A stretch of DNA of 62,988 nt, filler included, from Globobulimina sp. (Eukaryota): NCBI GenBank assembly GCA_003354225.1. It is 18 parts of 18 records of this genome, joined end to end, with 100 filler letters (N's around TTAATTAATTAA, not from the genome) between each part and the next. Parts side by side here need not be neighbours in the genome. Positions count along the whole stretch, not along the records: positions 10,521 to 13,926 come from PIVH01002877.1; positions 14,027 to 17,432 come from PIVH01002878.1; positions 17,533 to 20,938 come from PIVH01002879.1; positions 21,039 to 24,443 come from PIVH01002880.1; 14 more parts are not named here. The stretch is one strand, 5' to 3'. The notes under the pieces were generated by a model, which had not been told where the DNA came from, did not search any database, and saw only the letters and a program-made list of their open reading frames with translations. Below, in pieces: positions 10,521-21,690 of this stretch (its first letter is position 1; every line of letters begins with the position of its first letter). A program made the position numbers and the translations under genes.

Positions 10521-13500
10521 TTTAATATCTCATCGCATGCCGGTAAAGATGTCAATGTTTTGTTATTTCAACTATTGATATTGCGACATATTACAAAATC
10601 AAACGGTGAATCATTTATTGTGCGTCCACATCACGTGTTTTTCATTGAATTACCCTCTCAAATTAGCAATACGTACTCAAAAACGGGCATTGACGATGTT
10701 AAGAAACACTTTTATTTCATTGCTGGTCCGCGCTCTCATATTCATAGAGATATAATCAAAATGGATCTGAATAACTATGATTGTTCCGAAGAACATCAAT
10801 TTGTTTTAAAATATTTAGATGTTTTAGATGAAACCACCAAAAATAAAAAAGGTTTACTAACAATCCTGGGTCCAAATGCAAAGAATGCAAAGGATTGGGA
10901 TTTCAGCACTCATCCAAATATTAGCATCGCTCGAATGCAGCAATTAGTGAAACAATTTGCCAATAAATCAGAGGACGACGAACTTGATTTTGTGTTTTTG
11001 AAAAGTTATTTGGATTTTTTATATCGTCAATTCATTCAACTTACAGCCTCCTTCGTGCTAATCAGTAATGACTTGGCGGTTGACATTAATGCAGGATTTT
11101 GGAAAAGTGCTCGTTATATACAATACCACCAAATTATCGCGGCGTCCTTTGCCCGAATGGGCTCTAGTTTCGCCTGCGAAAATTATGAAGTTGGAAATCC
11201 ATTTTTGCAGAAACAACATCAGAATTGGCTCAAAAAACGCAACTCCGAAAAACAGCGCGCAGCGCAGCATTTGCTGCGAATAAATGATTTTGAATCTTTC
11301 GAACCGTTTCGCAAAGAAGAAATGTCCCACAATTATGATAGTGATACGAAAGAAGATGAGAAATATGATACGAGAAATAGATCTTTTTTAGAAGAAACGT
11401 CCGGTTCTGAGACTTTCTCATTGGTTCAAAAGTGGGCCACCGCGGACCCGCCGATCGTAATTCTGAATCCTGCCTTTATCGCAAAAATAGAAAAACCAGA
11501 TTTATGCAAAGATTTACAGTTTCAAAGGGTTTACGCAGAGAATGCCTTTACTTTATTATGCAAAAATTTAACGCAATGCACACATATTGATGCCGAGGAA
11601 TGGAAAGTGTTTAAACAAACATTGGACGCTACAAAAGCAGGGAGGCTTAAGTTCGAGGAATTGGATTTTGACAAAGAAGATGAAGAGCGAAGGAAAAATT
11701 TCTCTGATAATAAAATATTGGCTGAAAATCAAAAAGCTCAAAGAGCAAAATTAGCATTGTTGTTAAGGCTATGTGGTGGATATAGGAAATATGATAAAAC
11801 GGAGCAAAAAGTGAAGCCGGTGATAGATGAGAATAAAAGGGATATTTTGGTTGGAAGGTTATATAAAGAAAACGCAGATTATGCGCTCACATTTGATAAT
11901 ATATTAAAAATAGCTGCTATATTTTTCAGGGTTCAATCAGGAATCCCTGTGTTGGTAAGTTATGTTCATTTTTTTTTGATACATATATAGATTTGTTTTG
12001 TTTTTTGGTTGTTGATATCGATTATGGGCGAAACGGGTTGCGGCAAAACTCGCCTTTTACGGTATATGGCGGATATATTATCAATGAAAATGATCACAGT
12101 CGATGTCCACGGCGGATATATATTAAGTGATTTAGAGAGAGATATAGCTCACGCGATTGATGTGGCAACCAATAAATATACGAATAGGACAGTTTTACTG
12201 TTTTTAGATGAAATAAATACATCAGAAGAGATTGCCTCATTTAAAGAGATTATTTGTGATCATCATTTTAAAGGCATTGAGTTGCCGAGTAATTTGGTGA
12301 TAATTGGTGCGTTGAACCCGTACAGAACAAGAAAATTATCATTGGAAAAAAGTGAGATTAAAAAAGTGGATGCAAAAAATATTAAGAAATATTATAAAAA
12401 TGCGATTGAGAAAAAAATGAGTCAGTTGGTTTACACTGTTTTCCCGCTACCACCATCCATGAAATATTTTGTGTGGAATTTCGGTTATATCCATCCAATC
12501 GACGAGAAGCAATACATTGCAGTGATCACAGCGAATGAATGGGACAATATATTGATGCAAGAGAGGCACAGGATGTTAATGAGTAAATATTTTAAGAAAT
12601 ACCAGCCAATATTTGCAAAATTAATTGATTTGTCGCAGACATTATTGAGGCAATGGTTGCAAGATGTTTCTGTCTGTTCATTGCGGGATGTTCGCAGAGC
12701 AAATAAATTCTTTGCATGGTTTTACAAACAGTTTCGAAATGATAAGTCCATTGGTCCCGTAAACCGGGTCATTCGCTCAATGGTCATGGCATTGGCGCAG
12801 TGCTTTTATTATAGACTGACATTTCAACATAGAGGACATTATGAGACTAAAATATCACAGCAATTAAATAAATTAGAAGACGTATTTTCGGTGAATGAGA
12901 GTACGCAGCCTGGGCCAAAATTTTCCGCGCATAATTTTAAGAAAATATTAGCCAGAGAACAGGAACGATATATTAAGCTATTTAAAATACCGGATGGCAT
13001 AGCTTTAAATAGAGCATTTAAGGAAAATGTATTTGTGTGTTTGGTGGGTATTGTTACGAGGTATTTTGTTTATATTTTTATATATTATAATATTACTTAT
13101 CAATATATAGTACACCAACTATTGTGGTGGGAAGACCTGGTATGGAATGTTATACATTTTATTGTTGACAACATTATATTTTATAGTAATATAAAATATC
13201 ATATATAGGCTCATCCAAAACATTGGCAATGAATATATTGGAAGCAAATTTAAACCCAGTTTCTAAAAATAACGAATTAACAGCGTTGGACATTGACGAT
13301 TATATGGTTCAACAGTTTCAATGTTCTAAATTGACAACACCTGAATCCATACAAAAGCAATGGAAAAATGCTGAATCTATACAACAATTAGAAGATGCTG
13401 CAAAAAGAGTATTATTTTTGGATGAGATGGGTTTGGCAGAACAATCAAATAAGAAACCGTTGAAAGTATTGCATAAATTGCTGGAAACCCCCACCATCGC

Positions 13501-13926
13501 ATTTATTGGTTTATCAAATTGGTCGCTAGATTCAGCTAAAATGAATCGCGTTGTTTTGCATGAAGTGATGCCAATACATCAGGACGCAAAAGATTTGCAC
13601 AAAACTGCCAAAGCATTGGCGGAAAAGGGACCTGGTGGCCAATCTGTGGTCGCTTTGAATAATAAATTATCAAAATTAGTCACATTTTACCGCAATTTAA
13701 TTGAAAAACAAAAAACGAGAGAATCACCGTTTGAAGGCAGATTTAATTTTTTTGGAGCTCGCGACTTTTACAACACTTTGGCGTATTTGAAGTATTGTTG
13801 TAATGCATTGAACAGGAAAATGGACACAAAATTAATGATGGAGGGCATATGTCGCAATTTTGGAGGTTTACCAGGGAAAACGTTTGCTACATATCAGTAT
13901 GGAATGATATTAAAAACATTGGATTT
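10521..13926 (+). CDS. RNF213/mysterin-like giant AAA+ ATPase, internal fragment
   Basis: LTFDNILKI..GIPVL/IMGETGCGKT, LFLDEIN, ALNPYR, LVYTVFPLPPSM..VWNFG, SLRDV, second Walker A GRPGSSKT (introns 13061-13110 and 13140-13208), LDEMGLAE..PLKVLHKLLE, IGLSNWSLDSAKMNR, FFGARDFY, RNFGG. Confidence 0.92.
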
Positions 13927-14026
13927 NNNNNNNNNNNNNNNNNNNNNNNNNNNNNNNNNNNNNNNNNNNNTTAATTAATTAANNNNNNNNNNNNNNNNNN
14001 NNNNNNNNNNNNNNNNNNNNNNNNNN

Positions 14027-14452
14027 GATTTATGAGTAATCCTTAATGTTTTTAAATCTTTAACAGTGCGCGTCTTCTCTTCCATATTTGCTTCCATCTA
14101 AATATATATATCAACAACATTAAAAACGCAAAAACGTTAACATGTACACAGTACGCACATTATTTGTTATTTTGATAATTTGTATAATTGCGGGTGGTGA
14201 TGATAATGATAATATTTCACCAAATTTTGATGGATCCTGTTTATTGATAATTTTGTTATTTATGGATAATAACCATTCTGATTCATTTACATTTTGTAAA
14301 AATTTAAATTTCTTTGGTATTCGTTTCAATATCGATTCTAAATTTATTGCCCAATTACTTGATGATGGTAATTTTATTTTCACTGATTTTTGTGTTGTTG
14401 ATTCTATAAAACATTGCAATTCTACAAAAACATGATTATATTTGGCCGCCAT
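14027..14452 (-). CDS. Hypothetical protein, 3'-partial
   Basis: ATG at 14452, 110-aa ORF, probable short intron near 14100-14158; divergent from the kinase gene. Confidence 0.5.
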
Positions 14453-14546
14453 CGCGTGATCGCGAACATATTTATGTCACGATTTTCTACGTATACCTTA
14501 ACCACAAAACTTTACTTTACCTTTACAAGTGTTCTAGTCATAAAGA

Positions 14547-16681
14547 ATGGGCATTTGTCATTCCACAAAAAACAAATTTAACGAACAGCACAATCATTCA
14601 CTCAAAATGCCACAAAAAATACCCTTATTATACAATAAGTACAGCGAGAAAGAATTATATTTATTAGACCGAATGTTTAAAGACTTAGCAAAACGCTCAC
14701 CAAATGATACTATATCCAAACAAACATTTTTAGAATATTTTGGGTGTGCATATATTTTCTTAACCACGCACCAAATATAAACCATTTCATATGACCCTCT
14801 CAAAGATTGCCTGGCATTTTAGGTGACCGCCTATTTGCTGTCTTCGATACTGATCATAATCAAGTTATCAGTTTCAATGAATTCCTCTCAGGATTAGCAC
14901 GCGTTTAGTTACCTAATCACATTACATTCAAACTTTAACACTCTATAATTTTAACAGTATAATCAAGGCTCACTACAGGACAAAATTTATATGCTTTTTG
15001 AAATTTATGATATGAATTCCGAGCAGCAAGTGAACCGAGAAGAATTATCCCTGATTTTATACACTGTCACCACCCCAACAACCTCCATATTCCACGCCAA
15101 CGGCAATGAGTCGAAACATACGGAACACGTCACGCGAATCGCAAACGTTCCTGATGTTACTAAGCAAACTGTAGAAAAAACCATAAAAGACGCATTCGAA
15201 CACTATGACACAAACCATGACGGATTATTATCCAAACAACAGTTTACAAATTGGATCAAGCAAAATCCTGCGACTTTGAGTTTATTAGAACACGCATTAT
15301 CAAAACACAAATGGTCACTCAGTACAGTGAGTACACCCGATATAAAGCTCAATAGCTCCTATAACTATAAGCAAATTGAACAAATTGAGCAAAAAAGTGG
15401 TATTTTATATAATGTGCAGTGTGACAGTGGGTATTATGTGGTTAAAAATGACTTTTTATATACTTTTGCTCACCGCACTGATATAAACCCGGTCAATGTC
15501 ATATTCATTGCAGGCTGGTATATTAATGAAATAAATCAACATAACCAATGGTATGGCATTGAATTGACACCGCCGGGCCTCGACGACTGGAAAAATGGTC
15601 CATACTGCAACAAAAACAAGAAAAAAAAGAAAAGCAAAAGCGGGAACATATTATATTGTAAAACCAAGAAAGACAGAGATGACTGGATAGAATGTTTACA
15701 AATTGCAGCAGCCACTGTCGCCATACAACAGTACTATAATTTTGGTAGAATTTTGGGGAAAAGCCATTTTACGGTGGTTCGGGAAGCAACGCATAAAGCG
15801 ACCGGTACAAAATACGCAATCAAAATTGTAGAAAAGGCGAATATCGATGATGCGCAGAGCTTGAATTTGCGGAATGAAGTTGCTATGATGCGGTTAGTCA
15901 AACATCCATCGATTATACGGCTATGGGATGTATTCGCGGATAAGAAGTGTATTTATATGGTGATGACATTGGCGCCTTATGGCAATTTGTTTGCACGCTG
16001 GAAAATTCGAAGGAGGTTCGAAGAAGATGTGGCCAGAATTATTGTATGGAAATTATTGGATGCTATACAATATTTGCATGCATTGGGCATCGTACATCGT
16101 GACTTGGTATGTGACCATTCTTCGCATGAAAATAATATAATACGTATCCATTTTGACAGAAACCGGAGAATATACTGTGTTTAGATGAGAGTAATGACAG
16201 TAAAATCGTGATCAGCGATTTTGGACTGTCTAAGTTTGCCACTCCCGAGGCGGAGATGACAATGCCATGCGGTACTTTGTGCTATGTGGCGCCGGAAGTG
16301 CTCAACAAAAAAGCCTATGGGAAAAAAGTGGATTTGTGGAGTTTAGGCTGTATTATGCATTTATTGTTACGCGGTGTGTTACCGTTTGATGGGCATAGCG
16401 AGAATGAAATTCGTCACAAAACCATTAACAAAGAGTTGAGTTTAACATCGGCAAAATGGAATGTTGTGAGTCAAGATGCAAAGGATTTGATTAAAAAGCT
16501 ATTGATAAAGAATCCGAGCGATAGGATATCATTACACGATGCGTTGAAACATAAATGGTTTCAAAATAATAAGGACAAAGACAAACTTTATGTATACGAT
16601 GTTATAACAACGAGTATGCATATTCTTTCCAGAACGCATAGCGATCAAAGAAAGAATAAAAATAATTTACAGAAAATGTAG
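14547..16681 (+). CDS. CDPK7-like kinase: N-myristoylation motif, EF-hands, PH domain, CAMK-group kinase
   Basis: MGICHS start. Introns 14744-14805, 14903-14957 and 16107-16159 restore LPGILGDRLFAVFDTDHNQVISFNEF, EF loops (DMNSEQQVNREE, DTNHDGLLSKQQ), PH helix DRDDWIECL, AIK, HRDLKPEN, DFG and APE. Confidence 0.88.
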
Positions 16682-16915
16682 TGCCAATTTATTTGTTTTT
16701 TTGTACACAATTCATTCGCTACTAATTAATCTAAATTAAATTTCGTTTTTGGCTGTAATTGAATATTATTGTATAAATTGCGAATTAATTTTCTTGTCAT
16801 AATAAGGTTTTTAAAAAAACGTTTTTTTTGTTTATCAAACAGTAACGGTAACATTAGCAACACTTTAATCCATTGTAAACAACATAAAAATTATTGAATA
16901 TATATTTTAATCACA

Positions 16916-17432
16916 ATGAGTAGTAATATTGTCTATGGACAAGAAGAAGATTTCCGATCGAAAATGGCGAAATTTGGTGCCAAATTAAACAACCAAAAAA
17001 AAAACAATTACGGCAACCGACCAGCACCAAAAAAAAATTATGGTGGTAACTTACAAGATTATCAACCAATGCAGCAAAATCGAGGTGGTGGTACGATAAA
17101 ACCGTCCGGCGGCTATGATGATGGTGGCGGAGCACGTCCTCCTCGCAAACAATTGGTTAAATCCAAAGCCGCGCGAAAAATGGGACGCAATGAAGATGCC
17201 ATTAAAGTGAATCTCGACTCTGTTAAAGCCAAAGTAAAATTTGGTCGCTTGGTTGTGTATTCAGTCAATTGTTTAGGTTCGTTACCATATCACACCTATA
17301 AACGCGTTTTTTTATATAAAAACATCTAAAAAAAACAGCAAATTTAGCAGAGAATCGATTTAATTGTGAATTCATAGTGGAACAAGGCCGCACTAGCGCG
17401 ATGCAAGAACTCATGAAACATCACAGTGCCAA
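16916..17432 (+). CDS. Hypothetical protein with G/N/K-rich N-terminus, 3'-partial
   Basis: ATG at 16916; probable intron ending at 17338, then NLAENRFNCEFIVEQG to contig end. Confidence 0.55.
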
Positions 17433-17537
17433 NNNNNNNNNNNNNNNNNNNNNNNNNNNNNNNNNNNNNNNNNNNNTTAATTAATTAANNNNNNNNNNNN
17501 NNNNNNNNNNNNNNNNNNNNNNNNNNNNNNNNTAAAT

Positions 17538-17685
17538 ATGATCATACATATAATCATACATGATCATAGAGTGATCATATAATCATACATAAATAAAATA
17601 ATACATTCTATAATGTAGGATCACATTTTGCCTGGGAAAGGTCGCCCAGACTTCTGTAGTCATACAATATGATCATTTGTATGAT
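17538..17685. repeat. ATCATA/ATGATCAT low-complexity repeat cluster
   Basis: Five (G/A)ATCATA units in 17538-17590 plus TAGTCATACAATATGATCAT at ~17657; similar clusters at 38253-38308 and 52722-52815. Confidence 0.6.
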
Positions 17686-17837
17686 TCTTCCTCTTATAGG
17701 AGTTACCACTGTATTTCGATTTTTTGTTACGACACACAATCTACCATTTATATCCATTTTTGATGTAAAATTTGCTCCATTTTGACATTTAATTAATTTC
17801 CAAAAAAAAAACAAAAAACTTTGGCTCTGTTTCTGAG

Positions 17838-18341
17838 ATGGCACGATTCACAATGATACGTAAGCAAATCAAGAAATATGGTGAGCATAAATTAGATAAA
17901 TACTTTTATGTGTCAAGAGGAAAAAGAAAATATAAGAAACACGTTACGCACACCGAATATATTCAATTAACTGCTGAATTAATACTTAAACGCCTAAAGA
18001 TGAGCAAAAAATGTTTAGAATTTTTCAAACTGAAGAAGTTCAATTATATCTATCTGACAAGTAAGGACAAGAAAAGTTTAGAAGTTATGATTGAAGAACA
18101 AGTTTATGCGGTAAGAGTCGATATTAAGTGGATGTTATTGAATAAAGGCAATGTCGAAGATCTGGGATACACTGACTTAAGACTCGGTAATCGTATCATT
18201 GCAGCAAGATCATGTTATGCACAAACGGAATGTCGCTGTTCTTACTTTGATGAGTGCGTGTTGTATGGGTTCGGCCGGGCACAATGTGAGAGATCTATGA
18301 TGAGTGCGTGTTGTATGGGTTCGGCTGTGTTTTGTTGTTGA
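17838..18341 (+). CDS. Hypothetical basic ORF whose 3' end runs into a minisatellite
   Basis: 167-aa ORF; the Cys-rich tail is translated repeat. Confidence 0.3.
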   Translation: MARFTMIRKQIKKYGEHKLDKYFYVSRGKRKYKKHVTHTEYIQLTAELILKRLKMSKKCLEFFKLKKFNYIYLTSKDKKSLEVMIEEQVYAVRVDIKWMLLNKGNVEDLGYTDLRLGNRIIAARSCYAQTECRCSYFDECVLYGFGRAQCERSMMSACCMGSAVFCC

Positions 18342-18473
18342 GTGATCTATGAATGCGTGATACAGATTGGCCGTGTTTTGTTGTTGAGTGATCTATGAAT
18401 GCGTGATACAGATTGGCCGTGTTTTGTTGTGAGTGCTCCAGACGGCATGATACAGCTTGCCAGTCTGGAGCAC
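18250..18473. repeat. Degenerate 46-52-nt minisatellite (4 units) ending in a strong hairpin
   Basis: GATGAGTGCGTGTTGTATGGGTTCGGC x2 (18250, 18299); GAATGCGTGATACAGATTGGCCGTGTTTTGTTGT x2 (18351, 18397); inverted repeat GTGCTCCAGAC/GTCTGGAGCAC at 18433-18473. Confidence 0.85.
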
Positions 18474-18669
18474 ATAAATGTTAAAAACATTAAAAACTTT
18501 TAATCAAAATGACGCTGATAATGATGATAATTAACTTCTATTTAAATGGCTGAGTCTCAGGTGACTACTGGCTGAGTCTCGGGTGTTATCATCCATTATA
18601 TTTAACAACTAACATTCACACAAAGTTCGTAAATTCAACAATTATGCTATTTTTTATAATATAATATCA

Positions 18670-19154
18670 TTATTCCACTTTTAAATTCCACTTTTTCATT
18701 CCACTGCTCGACTGCTTGCCTTTAAATGTAGTTTCTGGCTTAATTTCGACTGACTCCTTTTTTTCTTCATATTCGTCATTATCGTTTTTATTTGTTTCAA
18801 TGTATTGATATTCACCTCTTCGTTTTAATAAACATTGAAATAATTGAAGCTGTAAATCTTCTTTTTCTGTCATTGAGACTTTTTCATCGCAATGAATGTT
18901 TGCATCCCGTTGCTCCAATGCTTGCTGAAGATCTTTTACATTCATTTTATAAATGGTCTCAAATGTGAGTGGCGCGTCTGTTGCATTGTCGGTATAAATG
19001 GTTTACTTTATAACATGTACAAAGTGGCAAAAACACATTGCTTCATACCTTCGATGATGTTTCCAAGGCGGATTTTTAGTGTTTTAGCAGGTCCTTTGGT
19101 ACTACCCCCTATGTTTTGTATTTGTGTAATGATGTCTTTTTTATTTGTTGCCAT
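18670..19154 (-). CDS. Small protein with SAP/HeH-like motifs (2 exons)
   Basis: ATG 19154 gives MATNKKDIITQIQNIGGSTKGPAKTLKIRL. GT-AG intron 19048-18978 joins in frame to MNVKDLQQALEQR...KEDLQLQL. Confidence 0.55.
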
Positions 19155-19192
19155 GTTTAGTGGTTGAAATATAAAAAACTGCAGCAAATATC

Positions 19193-20938
19193 ATGAATGA
19201 CATCCATTCTTATCAGCCACCGTGCCCTGTAGTCTTTTTTGAAAGAAAAGATGTTTACGGTAAATCAACACAAATATACACGATACACTGCCAGAAATTA
19301 GACGTTTTTGTTGAGTGCTATATATCCACAGCAATAATAAGATTGCGGGGTGAATGGAAAAATAGAACCAATGATACTTTAGATTGCGTATTTGCTCTAC
19401 CAACCAGTGGCACAGTGACAAGTGCGACTATATGCATTGGAAAGGACAGGGTGTTGACAACAGCAGTCATTGATAAAAAGGATGTGGAAGGACTAACAAC
19501 TAAAATAAACATAGCAGAAAAAATAATGTCATTGAAGTCGGCAAAAAAAGTAAAGAAGTCCGAGATTGTTGAAGCTGTACAACAAAAAGAGATGGAATCC
19601 ATACATTTAATCGCAAAACACAACAATCCATATCAGCAATACATACCTGATCTATTCAGACTACCTTTCAATAACATCGAAGCCGGAGATTCCGTCATTA
19701 TCACTTGCGAATATATTCAACCATTACTATATTATAAGAAAGGTTATCTCGTGTCATTACCATTGTATTTTCCATCCGGAACTATTGTTGCAAACACGGA
19801 ATGGCACAAAATCGTTTCTGTGCGGTGCAAAATAAATTCATTGACAAACACTAAGATTGATTGTTGGAGTCATGATATTTCGACACAGGAACATAAAGAG
19901 GATGGATCCATAACTGTCACTGCCCAGTTTTGTAAACCAACCACAAAACAAGAAGAAGAAGAAGAAGAAGGTGCAGATGTGTTGAATATAACAGGAAGGG
20001 ATTTTGAATTGAGTTACAGTGTAAAAACGGACAAAATTCAGTCTCATTGCATTGCACAAAGGGACTATGAAGATATGACTAAAGGAACATTGCTTATTTT
20101 CGTAACACCTCCGGCAACATTGCAGTAAGCAATGCATTCTAACAATTCCTTCAAATTAATTAGCCACCAATATATAATGAATATATTTTGAAAGAATTTT
20201 TAGAATTCCATTGTTTAATTACATTCAGAACTACATTTGGGAGAGCATTTTTTTTTGTATTTGATAGGAGTGGGAGTATGAATGGTGATCCATATAAAGA
20301 AGCAATGAGAGCACTGCGCAGAGCATTGGATCGTTTACGACCCAGTGATACATTTAACATTTGTGTGTTTAACCATACACAGCAATATTATACAGATAAC
20401 TTAGTACCAGCAAATAATGAACATTTGCAAGCAGCAAAATCATGGCTATCAATGTACGGACCTGAGGGTGGGACAATAATCAGTGAGCCAATGAGTTATG
20501 CTTTGGACATTTTAGCAAAAGAGTCGGAATCTGGTTTATTATCATTTATTGTATTTATTACTGACGGCGCAGTATTCGACGAAAAGGAAATCTGTGAAGA
20601 GGTAGAAAATCGAGTAAAAAATGAAAAAATGCAAGCACGGATCTTAACAGTTGGCATTGGTGAATATTGCAATTGGTATTTCTTGCAAACTTTGGCAAAA
20701 TTAGGCAGAGGATTTGCGGAAGTTATTGTTCATAAAGAAAATATATATTCGAGTATGGATCATTTACTACGGATGGCAAATACGCCGGTTTTGACCGATA
20801 TAGAAATTGGAGTGACAGGTTCAGCTATCTTTGTTTTGCAATTATTTCAATTAATAATTATATGTGCAAAAGGCGAAGAGATTGAAATATACCCGTTTCC
20901 AATTCCAGATTTATTCATTGGTGCTCCCGTTGTTATAG
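19193..20938 (+). CDS. VIT-vWA (inter-alpha-trypsin inhibitor heavy chain-like) protein, 3'-partial
   Basis: VIT-like CVFALPTSGTV; intron 20125-20228; MIDAS motif FVFDRSGSM, GGT, FITDG; TPVLTDI; PIPDLFIGAP. Confidence 0.88.
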
Positions 20939-21038
20939 NNNNNNNNNNNNNNNNNNNNNNNNNNNNNNNNNNNNNNNNNNNNTTAATTAATTAANNNNNN
21001 NNNNNNNNNNNNNNNNNNNNNNNNNNNNNNNNNNNNNN

Positions 21039-21632
21039 TCGATTATGTTTCTGATCCAGTAATTCCTTTGGCGTTTTAAAGTAAAGTGAAGCATCAAAAT
21101 TAACTCTCTCTTCGTTAGAATCCACATAAATTATATGATCACTTCTCTTCTCTTCTTCATTTTGTACTGTTAATAATGAGTTTGAATTTGATGGATTTGA
21201 TGATTCCACAATTTCCATTTTTTTTTGTTTTTTATATTTATTTAGATTCAAAGCATCAATACAATGAAACGAATTTAATTCTCGTTTTAATTTTTTTCGT
21301 TGATGTTGTAAGTCCATAATAATGCGTTTATGATCGCGATCTCTGTGAATTTTTAATTTTTCTTTAGAGATTTTTTTTTTTGGGTCAATCCATAACCGCC
21401 CATCCAATGCTTTTGTGTTTACCATATCTGAATGGAATTCATCTGGATTTCTTAACGATGCTAATAAGCGTAAATGTTGTAATTCATTCTGTTTTTCATG
21501 AAAATCCTTTGCTCGTTTTGCATAATCACTATGATGCTCCAAAAAACCTAAATGTCTACGTGCTGCTGGCTGAGATCGTTCATGTCGATGACCTTTACGA
21601 CCCAATTTATTCCAACTTTTTCCCATCGACAT
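21039..21632 (-). CDS. UTP11: U3 snoRNA-associated protein 11, 3'-partial
   Basis: HERSQPAARRHLGFLEHHSDYAKRAKDFHEKQ...RNPDEFHSDM and downstream HIIYVD...FDASLYFKTPKELL. Confidence 0.92.
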
Positions 21633-21690
21633 GGTTTAAAGATGTTTTTTAATATACAACTTGAGTAAGTAACAGTGACAAATATTGACA

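Noticed and set aside
18250-18430. CRISPR array
   Set aside because: Units are tandem with no unique spacers, no cas genes are present, and the context is eukaryotic.
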